From: a phage
Sequence record: PQ327946.1
Strand: one strand, 5' to 3'
Length of the DNA: 64,000 nucleotides
Shown here: piece by piece, positions 63,986-64,000 of the stretch
Layout of the letters: each line of letters begins with the position of its first letter
Position numbering within the stretch: position 1 is the stretch's first letter
Translations under genes and position numbers: made by a program
The notes under the pieces: generated by a model
Told to the model about the DNA's origin: nothing
The model's database searches: none
Seen by the model: only the letters and a program-made list of their open reading frames with translations

Positions 63986-64000
63986 TAATTGAAGTCCACC

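Noticed and set aside
1-64000. tRNA or other structured RNA genes
   Set aside because: No cloverleaf-like candidate was noticed by eye; the T4 tRNA cluster maps elsewhere in the genome. A tRNAscan-SE run would be needed to exclude them formally.

Overview
This window reads as a 64 kb segment of a T4-like (Tevenvirinae) myovirus genome, running from the 3' end of the long tail fibre gene 37 through 38, holin t, asiA, motA, 52, ndd, denB, rIIB, rIIA, 39, dexA, dda, modA, soc, 56, 61, 41, uvsX, 42, 43, regA, 62, 44, 45, 46, 47, 55, nrdG, nrdD, 49 and nrdC to the nrdC-distal small-ORF block. Only 37, 38, t, one small membrane ORF and an HNH endonuclease are on the + strand; everything else is on the - strand. 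Gene calls rest on remembered T4 protein sequences, motifs and synteny, not on database searches. The most interesting signal is that the T4 alpha- and beta-glucosyltransferase genes are missing and an inserted sugar-nucleotide biosynthesis module sits between genes 42 and 43 (SIS isomerase, fused nucleotidyltransferase/kinase, HAD phosphatase, Cys-rich U32-like protein). Together with a GT-B glycosyltransferase in the slot where T4 has gene 60, this suggests a non-glucose (pentose, arabinose-type) hypermodification of 5-hmC DNA, as reported for RB69-like phages. Gene 39 is an unsplit 605-aa topoisomerase subunit, so there is no gene 60 bypass element. Repeated promoter cassettes with internal dyads, UUCG-tetraloop terminators and several paralogous small-protein families are also noted. 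No tRNA, rRNA or CRISPR array was found. Coordinates for promoters, terminators and hand-called small ORFs are approximate (about +/- 3 nt).
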